From the NCBI GenBank assembly GCA_976551045.1, contig CDPCPM010000052.1, positions 11,408,001 through 11,472,000 on the forward strand: a stretch of 64,000 nt of DNA, written 5' to 3'. Positions 13,166 to 23,629 of this stretch are shown in pieces (position 1 is the first letter of the stretch; each line of letters starts with the position of its first letter). The notes beneath the pieces were generated by a model. That model did not search any database. It had not been told where the DNA came from and worked only from the letters and a program-made list of their open reading frames with translations. The stretch comes from Glaucostegus cemiculus. Taxonomy: Eukaryota. A program made the position numbers and the translations under genes.

Positions 13166-13770
13166 ATCCACGGATAATCACTGATCTATTTGAATCTCTG
13201 CTTTCCTGACCATCCATCCAAACTGAGTTAATTGGGAAAACAATCTTGCAATCCTCAACTGTTGAAAAGGTCTGCTGTGCTAACAATTGCACTAAGATTT
13301 TTTCCAATCACTGAAAATGTTGCATTAAACAAAACATTAAACTGTGGAAACAAAGCAGCAGACCACTGGAGGACTGGTGAAATGATCAGTTACATGGTGG
13401 ATGAACTATAATGCTGAGAAAATGGAGTGGGCCCTTTCTGGTGCCGCTGCTTTAAATGCCAACAGTTCAAAGTAAACAACGATTTGCATTTATGAAGTGT
13501 TATAAACACTCAGCAGGCCTGGCAGTATCTGCTGAGTGTTTCTAGAAATTTTTAACTTTATTTCAAATTTCCATCATCTGCAGCTTTTTATTTACTGGTG
13601 TTTATACTTTGGCTTTAACAAATCTTAAAAGGAGCTTCACGGGATGGTTAACAAACAAATTAACAAGGGCAGATGAGACAACATTAGGATGCTTCCAAAA
13701 ATGTAAAAATTGTCTCAGAAGTGAGATGGAGGGAGGACTACAGACCTTAAGGCTAAGACTGGAGTGAATA

Positions 13771-14275
13771 AAATCAGGATTTCAATTCAGGAGGAATGAA
13801 GTCTTGTAATTGACAAGGCCTTGGTGAGACCACACTAAGATTATTGTATATGGTTTGGTCTCCTTTCCCAAGAAAGGAAACACTTGCCATAGAAGATTCA
13901 GTAGATTGCTTCCAGGGATGGCAGATTTGTTGTACAAGGAGAGATTGCATAAACTGGAACTGTTTTCTCAAGATTTGATAACTATCAAAACATATAAAAT
14001 TCTTAAAGGTCTTGATGCAGGGAAAATGGTTAAAGAGTCCAGGGCCAGGAAGCATAGCTTAAGAATGATGGGTAGGCTGTTTAAGGGTCTGATGAGAAGT
14101 TGCTTCACTCATTGGGTGATTAACCTTAGGAATGCTGTGGAGGTTCAGATTTCTGGGCATTATGGGAATTGAAGACCAAACAGCACCACAATAGAATGGC
14201 AGCCATGATTTTAATGATAGAGGCTCAAAGGGGTGGATGGTCTGTACGCTTGCTCTTTTTAATATTCCTATGAAT
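13771..14275 (+). mobile_element. CR1 3' fragment inserted into an L2 remnant (13475-14560, -)
   Basis: KALVRPH..Y...W, RRFSRLLPGM...LYKERL, DLI..YKILKGLD motifs and a CR1 3'UTR. Confidence 0.8.
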
Positions 14276-17200
14276 GTACAAGATGTGAGAATTGGAGGAA
14301 TTCAAAGATCTTGCAGGACTGGAGGATGATGGAAATGATGGCTGTCAAGGGATGTGGACAAAAATCTGAGGTGTAGTACAATGGAGACCTGATGCAGGGT
14401 TTGGACCTAAAACAACAATTTCTTTCCTCCAACAGCTGCTGCATAACCCACTGAGTTCCTCCATCACATTGTGGCTAAATGAGGTGCTCCTGGACCCAGA
14501 ACCAATGTAGAGCAGGCAATATAGGATTGGTGAACAAATAGGGCCAGTTGACATTGTGATAGACAGGTTTTTGGGAAGACCTCAAACTTACAACTGAAAA
14601 AGTGACCAAAATAAAACACTTGGCACCAGAGATTACAACAGAGGCAAAATCATGGACATTTGAAAAATTTAACTAGATTAATTGCTAGATCAATCTATTT
14701 CTCAGGATTTGAGTGGATCACAGATGTACATGTTCAGAGGCAATGCAATGTCGTAATGGCTTTGTGAGCAAGTTACTGAGAATGTCCATTCATTTTGGCT
14801 GGATTCTGGCAAGGTGAAGGTCAGTCCCATTCACTACCCCAGCTAACACTGGAATTTAGTTGCTAGAATCTTAACAATCAGGATATGAGTGACCAAATTA
14901 CCAGCCTTCCTCAGAACAACATCTCCACAATTCAACATTTAAATTTACAGGTATGCTTGGACTATTGCAAATAGTAGAAAACCTCAGATGTTAAAGATAC
15001 CAAGTTCCTTATTGTTCTATCACCAATTAATCCTTCCCAGCACCCCCTTTAACCAAGTCTCTGCTGAATATCATTAAAGCCTCTGGAGATACCTTTATCA
15101 ACACAAGCTACAAGTCAGTCACTTTGTTCTGCTTACCAGCCCTGGGCTTGTATCAGTGAGTCCAAAGCCAATCCCCACCTCCCAGACCCATAAGCAGGTC
15201 ACTACAAAGCTCAGCTCCACAGAAGCCAAAAGAAACTTTAGTTAAATATCACCTAGTTTTGAAAAAGCAAAGTTGTTGCACCCAAAGTGATTTTGCTTGA
15301 GTGGTTGCAGCACCAGATTCACTGGAATGCTACTGGAGCTAAGTGGGTTAAACTGCAAAGACATAGCATCTTTGACATGTTAAAATGCCTCCTATTAAAA
15401 TGATCAAAAGACAATGTTGAAGAGAAATAATCTCCTCTGACAGGGAAAAATCAAGGGCATAAAATATGTTAGCCAATTCATGAGCAGCATTATTCAAGCA
15501 CAAAAGACAATCAAAGTATGCAACACTGCCCCCTAAAAGCTGTTGAACCTGACAATAAATTGAAGTCAATGGACTTTGGTAAGAGTTATGGAACCAAGAC
15601 AAATGCAAGACCAGCTATCTAACTGAATGATAAACTTATTCACATACCAGCTTGTTTCAGCCAATAGCACAATTCAACTGTCCAATACATTCACAATGCA
15701 CCTGTGGACTTTCCTCCCCTCCAAATGTCTGGACAGCAATTCATTGAATACAAGACATTTGGAACATCCACAGGTCAAGTTATATCCAAGTTCATTCTTT
15801 GGTGCTTTCCAAAGCAGTCTGCTGTGTATATTAAACTTTGGTTTGAGTTCAAGAATATAGGAACTAGAAAGTGCAGACTCCAGAACTTGGTCCAATATTC
15901 AGTTCAATCAGACAATTGTCTCCAGCTTTGAGGAAAGTTCAAAATCACTTATTCTTTGCAAACAAGTACTTCCCACTTTTCCTTCTGAATGGCACAGCTA
16001 ATGTGATCTTGTTCCAGATTCCACAAGGAATAGTTTTTATTTTTGCATTTCCCTTGACTCATTTTGAAACTTGTGTGGGTATTTAAAAAGTCTGGTCAAG
16101 ACTGTAAACATTTCACAATTTATAACTTATCTAATGCTATCACTTTCTCCTAACAGGAATATGCATTTTTCCTCTTCCCACCCTCACTCAGGATTGTGTA
16201 TGCTAGCTTGCAAAGTCAAACTGACAAATAGAAATTCAATGTTCTAATGCCAAGGGACAAGTTGGGGAGATTTATGTAGTGAACTTAGCCTACACTTAGT
16301 TTAGAAATCCCTTAGTGTGGAGGTGTTGACATTCAAAAAGAAACCACATTTGTGGGCAGTTGACCTTGTGTGGTACTGAGCCATACACTAGGGCTGATAG
16401 TGAGCAACAGACACCAAACTAGGAAGTTTGAAAGTCATTAACACTAGATGCTGCCCAATCCTAGTATTTCCAGCATTCAAATTTGTGCAGTTGCTGAGCC
16501 TACACTATTTTACATCTCATTGCACCCAAGGTTCAATCAAATTTAAAGTAAAATGCAAAAACCAATTAGTGTCATTTTCCAATTACAGTAACATCCTATT
16601 GGGCCCACAAGCAAGGGACAAGAAACAGGTCCAAGCACCCAAGCTCAGAATAGGTAGAAAAAATTAGTTTAGTAGCCAATTCCATCTGATCAGATGACCC
16701 ATTTGAAAGCTTGACTAGAATTGGGCCTAGCTTTAACAACAACATTTCCCCATACAAGTTTGGGGTAGAATAACCATAATTGTTTGATCACAAGCTTGAA
16801 AGGGTCAAACTTAGTTAAGTAAACATTTACTATGGTGGTATCAGAAGCTCACCAACAACTTCAAGGATGGAAGGCAAAATGCTGGGGCCAGAATGGATCA
16901 AATCATCCTTGCCAAAGTTAACTTAAGCAAGCTTCAAGACTGAGATCAGGCAAATACTTAATGTAACAATTTCCCTCAACTTTCTTGATACTGCATAAGC
17001 AATTTGAAGTTAGGATCAAGTCTTTGGGCCACACTCCTATTCCAAAGGTGACCAAGATTGTCAAAGGAGCAATTGCAAAGGAAAACCACTGCTGAGATGC
17101 ACTATCCCACCTTGAGCATACATCACTATAGGAGATGTATCTCATTCTGTTTGAGCAACCAGATGTTGAACCAGTTGATCTTCTGCAATCTGTACTAGAT

Positions 17201-17568
17201 CAAAATCTACCCTTCTTTAAAATGACCCCAGACACTACCAAAACTTCAGGTTACAAAAAAGATTCCTAATCTTAATTTAACTTTGATACCACCAAGTAAA
17301 TTTGTCAACCTAACCAAATTTCACTTATATCAATCAGAACCCACCCCAAGTTTTCTAAACTCAAACGTATACATGTTCTCACTTTAACACTTAAAGCTCC
17401 AGTACCATTTGGTCAGTACTGCCAATCTAAGAATTAAAGCAAAAGTGTACAGCTCTTTGCAAACCAAATACTGTTGGGAAATTGACAGAAGTTTGAAGGG
17501 CGCTTAAGATTCTTTAAAATAGTTCTGCACTAAAAGGACCAACCATTCAAGCAGGTGATGATATACTG

Positions 17569-17676
17569 TTTATTAAAAGCACAAAAATACAGATACAAAC
17601 ACAGAAGAGATGATATGTTGACAGATGAAGCCTCTCAAATTAAAACTGGTCAGTTACACGCTATAAACGTTTTATT
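17569..17676 (-). terminator. Candidate IER5L polyadenylation signals
   Basis: AATAAA on - strand at 17671-17676 and 17569-17574. Two upstream TGTA (CFIm-type) motifs at ~17588-17597 precede the distal one. Implies a ~1.5-1.6 kb 3'UTR. Confidence 0.55.
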
Positions 17677-19160
17677 AAAAACCTTGATCCTCAACACCTT
17701 TTTACAACAAAAGGCTTCGCCAAACACATTTTGGCAAGAAAATTTGCATCGGGTAACATTTCGTTCAGATTACCGATTCACAAAATGGAAACACTTACGG
17801 TTAACAGCCTCACCATTTAACTGCACGGTCATGTTAAAGGTTTGGTGTGTTAAACATCTGCTCGACGACAAAACGAAACGTTGAAAAGCTTTTGGAACCA
17901 GTTAATCAAAGGGAAAACCGGGTCTATTTACAGGACGTAAAATAAAAATTGCAACCCTGATCCGGACTAATGCTTGTTTGAAATCAAGACTGAAGTAACA
18001 TTTTAATCCACGTCAATCACTTCTCGCTGTGAGAATGATCACTGCACCCGAGTAGGACGGGATGAACGTTTAATTTGGGAGTGAAAATGTCTAGAAAATT
18101 CAATTTTTAAATACTATGGAGATCAGTGTTAACTCGCGGTTCAGATGGGTCGCTCTTTTCCATGATACATGGGATGATATCGACTTTAAAACAAAAATTA
18201 CTGCACTGTTTCGGTGCTCTGCGTTTAAAATTCGTGGTAAAATGCACAGGAGAATCAACATTACAAGTCTTTCACTTATGCACTTTAAGGATACTTTGAA
18301 CGAATTGCGATTCATGTTTGATACATTGTTTGTGATCTGTATTGCGCGCGTTAAAGTTTTAACTAAGGGCAAATCCCTTTCCAAATTAGAATTGGTTGAA
18401 GTTTTGCAATCGCTAAAAGACGCGGAATGAAAAGAATTTTAGTTACATTGCTCAAAAAGTGCTCCCAATGCAGGAAAACCGGCGTTTAAAACAATAGCAG
18501 GTCGATGGGTCCCACCTCTCCAGAAAGGAGAAAAGTTACTGCCATTAAAACGTTGTGTTATCCAAAATGAGAAAATTATAAAATTTAGGAAACATTTAGA
18601 AGACTGCAAACTTTAAAAAAGGAAGTGATTTAAGAAAAAGTTGCGCCACAAGATCAATTTAATTCCGCATTGTGGAGAATCGGTGCATTTCTCCTTTAAA
18701 AGCGCTGGGCTGGATCACGTGACACTGCCAGTTTCCCCCCGCCCCCATTCAACCCAACGGCGGCGATCCCTGGCGTCAGGGAGTCTGACACCATTTAAAG
18801 GGACAGCGCTCCTCTTAAAGCAACACCAATTCAGCACTGGCTGGGAAAAAAGTGGACTCAAATTTGTAGCTTTTCGTTTAACCCCATCAGAATCACGTTA
18901 TTCTACCTCCCCAACCCCATCAAAGATTTAAGCAAGTCAATCATTCAATTTCCGGGGGAGGGGTCGTTGCGCTGCTGACCTCCAAGTCTTAAATTGTAAA
19001 CGACTGACTGTTTTAAGTTGCTGTGACTCAATTCTGTTCCTCCAAAACAAAATAACACATTTGCCTCCCGTTGGAAATGAGGTCCAGATTTGTTCGTTCT
19101 GTTACAATAAAAATAATAAACACAGCACAAACACGCACACACTGAGAAAGCGAGTGGCTC

Positions 19161-20015
19161 TCAGAAAGCCACGATCGCTCTAGTCCATGCCCCCAAACTG
19201 GCGAGCGCCTGTTTGCTGCACAATTGCCCGTTCTGTTTGACTTCTGTCTGAAGCAATTGCTCCGAGTCCGCCCGGCTCACCAAGCCGGAGAAGCCCGAGC
19301 CGAAGATAGAGATGAGATTGGAGATGTTGGAAGGGTCTGTGCAGTCCAAGGTTTGGCCGGAGCCCGAGTAGTCTTCGAACCTGACCCGCTTAACCGGCGA
19401 AAAGTCCTCGGCTTCGTTCGGGTAAAAGCTATTGCTCGAGTCCGACTTGCGCTTCCTGCCGCCGGTACCGCTGCTGCCGGCGCAACAACAGGCGCAATCC
19501 TGGAGGTAGCCGTTGTCCACCGTAGTGACCGTGTGAGTGTCCAGATCCAGCACCGTGGTCTTGGTACAGTGGGTCCCACCAACGCTACCACCTCCCGACG
19601 GCTCATAGTTCGTGCCGGGGTAGGAAGCCGAGCAAGAGAGCCGGTACAGAGGGTGCTCAGGCTCGGCGTCTTTACTGAGTTGAGTGTCCAGGTGGCCGGG
19701 CTGATGGTCTAGCGGGCTGCAGACGCTCTCCTCCTGGCCGCCGTTTCCTTCCACCATCTCTTCCACCACTTCGAGCGGGTGACTGCCTTGGACCTCTCCC
19801 GCGATGTCTAGCATGTCGTGCACCTCCTCGTATTGGTGCATGCCGTAGATCTCGGCGTACTTCTCGCTCATGTAGACTTGCCTGGCGTTTCGGAGCACAT
19901 AGGAGACCAGGAGGTTCTTGTGAAGCTTGATACCTCCTCTCTGAGTTCTCGAATTGTGGATTTTGCGGAGAGAGATTGTGATCAAGCTTTGTGCATTGAC
20001 GGCACAATCCATCAT
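19161..20015 (-). CDS. IER5L: Immediate early response 5-like protein (intronless, 284 aa)
   Basis: N-terminal IER domain [50 protein letters not shown] motif, basic RKRK...VKRVR, C-terminal [19 protein letters not shown]...[17 protein letters not shown] typical of IER5L. The second ATG (20012) has strong Kozak context and aligns with human Met1. Confidence 0.96.
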   Translation of the reverse strand: MMDCAVNAQSLITISLRKIHNSRTQRGGIKLHKNLLVSYVLRNARQVYMSEKYAEIYGMHQYEEVHDMLDIAGEVQGSHPLEVVEEMVEGNGGQEESVCSPLDHQPGHLDTQLSKDAEPEHPLYRLSCSASYPGTNYEPSGGGSVGGTHCTKTTVLDLDTHTVTTVDNGYLQDCACCCAGSSGTGGRKRKSDSSNSFYPNEAEDFSPVKRVRFEDYSGSGQTLDCTDPSNISNLISIFGSGFSGLVSRADSEQLLQTEVKQNGQLCSKQALASLGAWTRAIVAF

Positions 20016-20209
20016 GACCGACCGCCGTTGGTTCCCACCTCAATGAACAAGCCACTTTTTGCTAGTTGCCCCCACACAAAAAAAAATCCAGTCCTGTAGT
20101 TGAGCGGGAGGGGAGCTGAGCTCTGCACAGAACCTTCGCCTTTTTCTGAGTGCCTGTGTTCCCTACCAACAATACGCCTCCTCTCTTCTTCCTCCTGCAC
20201 TAACACTGC

Positions 20210-20355
20210 GAGCAATAAGAGGGTTTAGTGCAAGGCACAGCATTTATATGGCATGAATGAGTCATTTGCAATCTTCTCTGGCCACTCAGACTGCAGAATC
20301 AGGGGCTGATAGACAGCAATACCCCGCCTCCCTATGCACAAGCAGCCAATGGGAG
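20210..20355 (-). promoter_or_regulatory. IER5L core/proximal promoter
   Basis: TATAAA on - (20243-20248), perfect AP-1 palindrome ATGAGTCAT (20257-20265), C/EBP-like ATTTGCAAT (20264-20272), GC box (20322-20331), AGCCAAT NF-Y box (20344-20350). Predicted TSS ~20215. No upstream ATG in the ~200 nt 5'UTR. Confidence 0.8.
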
Positions 20356-20989
20356 CGAGGCGGTTCCTCATTGCTGTTTAAATCCACTGTGAAAGCTTAA
20401 CTGACACAGGCAAGGCTGGGGAAAAAAAATTCCCTTCAATAGCTACACTGCAACTCAGAGACCGAGAGCAAGCTTACCGAAGAGAAGCTTCATTCCTAAA
20501 TTGGTCTCGTAAATAGTGTAACCAGCATTCATCTGAACTCTCTTGCTTCTTCATAACATTTAGCAATGATTTCTTAAAGATTCAAATTTAATTAGATGAG
20601 AGAATACTTTTTGTATTTTTTCCAATTTAATTAAAATACACTTTTTATGTTCTTGTGTTAAATAGTCAGAAATCATCTCACTTGCATATCATTGAGGGAA
20701 TCTAATTTGTTCCATTTTTAATTTCTTGCTGGCCACTTTCATCTTCCTCTGCTAATTCAACAACAGTAAATTGTATTTATATAACTCCTTTTGACAAAGT
20801 GAAGTGTCCCAATGCTCTGCACAGGAGAACCAACACACAAAATCTGACCAATTCACAAGGAGATATTAGGGTCCATGAACAAAGGCTTTGGAAGAGCATT
20901 TTAACAGAACAAAGAGATTTAGAGGGAAATCCAGAGCCCAGGGCCTTGGCAGATAAAGACGTCTTAAATTATATTTATAATGATACAGG

Positions 20990-21470
20990 AGACCGGTTGT
21001 CTTATTGAGCCGATGCAGATCCTAGGGAGCAATCTCGTTAGTCCCATTCTCCTGAGACACAAGAGATTCTACAGATTCTGGAATCTGAAGCAACACACAT
21101 AAAAGTACTGAAGGAACTCAGCAGGTCAGGCAGCATTTATGAAGGAAATAAATGTCAACTGTTTATTTCCCTCCATAGATGCTGCCTAATCTACTGAGTT
21201 CTGTCAGTACTTTTGTGTTTGTTAGTCCCATTCTCCTTCTTCTTATCTCCCTATACTCCTGCAACCAACTCTTTCCCATATAAGTCCATCAATTCTCCCT
21301 TGATTCTTCCAGTCCTTTTTTGGATGTGGGAGGAAACTAGAGCACATGGAAGAAATCAAGGTGAGCACTGAGAGAACATGCAAACTCTACACAGACAAAA
21401 CCTAAGGTCAGGATCGATCCTGGGCCCATGGAGCTGTGAGGCAGTAGCACTAACTCCTGCACCATCATGG
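20990..21470 (-). mobile_element. V-domain tRNA-derived SINE (HE1-like), older copy
   Basis: ggatgtgggaggaaactagagcac...gagaacatgcaaactc (reverse V domain), plus reverse B/A boxes at ~21410-21465. Confidence 0.7.
21054..21220. mobile_element. Short fold-back element made of two inverted Penelope-like terminal-repeat arms
   Basis: aggaactcagcaggtcaggcagcat... / ...atgctgcctaatctactgagttc form the inverted arms. Exact 17-bp target-site duplication gttagtcccattctcct (21037-21053, 21221-21237). Confidence 0.85.
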
Positions 21471-21971
21471 TGGAGCACCATGGTGGAGAAATTAAAATGG
21501 CAGATATTCAAGAGAAACACTTATACTTCTAAGAGATGCAGGTCAGAAGGAAGCTCTAGAGATAATGAGCAATGAGCTATGAAGGAACTTGGAAACCAGA
21601 ACGAGAATTTTAGAATTGAGACATTGCTTAACCAACAGCAATGCAGACCAACAAGCACGGGGCTGATGTGAATGATATGATGGATATTAGGACAAGGCGA
21701 GCAGAGTGATCTCAACTTTATGGCGGGGGGAGGGGAGGAATGAATGAGGCTGCCCAGGAGTACACAGGAATAATCAAGGCTGGAGGGGAGAAAGGCAGAA
21801 ATACGGATTTCAAGAACAGATGAGCTGAGACACGGATGGAGGGAGTGATGTCACAGAGCTGGAAATGGTTGATATTAGTAATAATTCGGCTACATGAACC
21901 AAAGCTCATCTCATGGTCTGATATGACATCGTCGTTGCAGCTTCAGCTGTCTAGTTCAACTTCAGATAGTT

Positions 21972-22210
21972 GGGGTGGCACGATAGCGTAGCGGTTAGCG
22001 CGACGCTGTTACAGCGCCAGTGATCCGGGTTCGATTCCCGTCGCTGACTGTAAGGAGTTTGTACATTCTCCCGTGTCTGCGTGGGTTTCCTCCGGGTGCT
22101 CCGGTTTCCTCCCACATTCTAAAGACGTACGGGTAGGGGGTTTAAAATGGGCGGTGCGGACTCGTTGGGCCAAAAGGGCCTGTTACCACGCTGTAAATAA
22201 AATTTTAAAA
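21972..22210 (+). mobile_element. Young V-domain tRNA-derived SINE (HE1-like)
   Basis: Pol III A box TAGCGTAGCGG (21984-21994), B box GGTTCGATTCC (22028-22038), V domain gtttgtacattctcccgtgtctgcgtgggtttcctccgggtgctccggtttcctccca, CR1-like tail gggccaaaagggcctgtt. CpGs are retained. Confidence 0.9.
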
Positions 22211-22463
22211 AGAAGTTGCCAGGAAGAGACATGGAGTCAGTCACTTGAGAATAGAAATTGTGGTGGGACCAAAGGAAATCTCTGCACAATGAGTGCTGAA
22301 TGCCAGTCAAGCAATCAGACAATGTAGGGCAAGAGAAGTGATGGTATATTAGAAATGGATGTCACATGCACAAACTGATTCTGTTGTTTTCAAATTATGT
22401 TGCCAAACAAGAGTACAGGATGAGAAATAGGTGGGGGTTAAGGACAGATCCTTTAAGGAGCAC

Positions 22464-23097
22464 TAGAGAAACAAAGAACTGCAGATGCTGGAATCCAGAT
22501 GAAAAACACAATGATACTGGAGGAACTCAGCAGGCCAGGCAGCATCCGTGGAGAAAAGCAGGAAGTCAACTTTTTAGGTCAGGACCCTTCTTCAGGACTA
22601 TTGCCAGGAGAATTCCAAGCGCAAACTGGAGGAAAAGCACCTCATTTTCCATCTTGGAATCTTGCAGCCTAACGGCATGAACATTGAATTCTCCCACTTT
22701 AAGTAATCCTCACTCCCACTTCCCCACAAACCCCCCCACATGCTTCTCCTCTTCTTCCCTTTCCTAGCCAATCTCTCTTTTTTCTACCCTCTTTTTTTCC
22801 TTTCTCTCCTTACCTTTGACCCATCCCCTGATGGATCTGCCCTCCCCTCCTCCCCCACACCTGCCTATCACTATCTCTTACCTGCATCTACCTATCACCA
22901 CCTTGTGCCCACCCCACCTCCCCTCTTTTGTCCACCTATCACTGCTCTGCTTTTCCCTCCTATATACTGGGCTTTCCTTTTTTCTATCTTTAGTCCTGAA
23001 GAAGGGGCCTGACTCGAAATATTGACCGCCTGCTTTTCTGCTTTTCTCCATGGACACTGCCTGACCTGCTGAATTCCTCCAGCATCACAGTATTTTT
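22464..23097 (+). mobile_element. Penelope-like element, 5'-truncated, with inverted terminal-repeat arm
   Basis: C-terminal coding KRKLEEKHLIFHLGILQPNGMNIEFS (~22617-22695), CT-rich 3' region, inverted arms at both ends. 13-bp TSD ctttaagga(g/a)cac (22451-22463, 23098-23110). Confidence 0.85.
22991..23028 (+). ncRNA. Minimal type I hammerhead ribozyme motif (best-preserved copy)
   Basis: AGUC-CUGAAGA-A-GGGGC cu GACUC-GAAA UAUU/GAC. It shows the CUGANGA and GAAA cores, an imperfect stem II, stem I GUC/GAC, a palindromic AUAU in place of stem III, and an AUU cleavage triplet. Confidence 0.6.
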
Positions 23098-23629
23098 CTT
23101 TAAGGAACACCATTGACAATAGTATAGATAAAGAAAGAGAAGCCATTGCAGGTGATTCTTTGACTTTGACTAGGAACATCCTCTGTGACCAACTGGATAA
23201 CTGGGAAAAGGCATTCAAGAAGGACAATGTGGTCAACCACATCAGAGGCAGAAAGCAGGTCATGATGGAAGAGAAGGAATAGATAACCTTTATCACAATC
23301 ACATCAGATGTCCTTAGCGACTTGATCAGCTGTTTCAATATTACTGGAGTGTGAAAACCCATTCGGAGGGATACAAAATCACAAAATCAGTCTGGCAAGG
23401 AAAAATATCATTCAGAGCATCACATTTGTACTGGCTCTAACAATCCAGATAATGCCACTTTGCACACACTGTCTTTGTAGCCCTGCATTTTTATTCCTTT
23501 TTAGTTGCTATTCAGCTCCCTTTGAACACCACAATTAAACCTCCCTCCCCTACCCCCAAGGGCAGAGCATTCCAGACCTTAACCACTTGCTACATAAATT
23601 AACTCCAAGTCAGTGGTTACAGGTTCTTT

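Larger units (their letters stand above)
17650..20365. promoter_or_regulatory. CpG-retaining (probably non-methylated) domain spanning the IER5L promoter, CDS and 3'UTR
   Basis: CG dinucleotides become abruptly frequent from ~17655, even in AT-rich sequence, whereas the flanks are strongly CpG-depleted. Confidence 0.7.
20760..23385 (-). mobile_element. Old L2 LINE fragmented by several nested insertions
   Basis: L2 tail (aattgtatttatata...aagtgtcccaatgctctgcacagg) at ~20770. Collinear L2 segments at 21470-21960, 22215-22460 and 23100-23385. Confidence 0.65.

Noticed and set aside
18116-18430. 104-aa ATG-initiated + strand ORF with good Kozak context, antisense to the IER5L 3'UTR
   Set aside because: No recognisable homology or splice structure, and the length is achievable by chance. 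It would need conservation or Ribo-seq support.
18791-18801. CCATTTAAAGG (and ccatataaat at the TATA box) as an SRF CArG box
   Set aside because: Neither fits CC(A/T)6GG. No canonical serum-response element was seen near IER5L.
19224-20099. Overlapping ORFs 19224-19712(+), 19277-19606(-), 19672-20055(-), 19818-20099(+)
   Set aside because: Shadow frames of the GC-rich IER5L CDS. Those checked start at non-ATG codons, and none has a recognisable domain.
21972-22045. tRNA-like A/B boxes as a tRNA gene
   Set aside because: Continues into the V domain and LINE-like tail with no acceptor stem or oligo-T terminator, so it is a SINE head.
22895-23362. 155-aa minus-strand ORF
   Set aside because: Chimeric read-through of an L2 remnant and a Penelope arm; not a gene.
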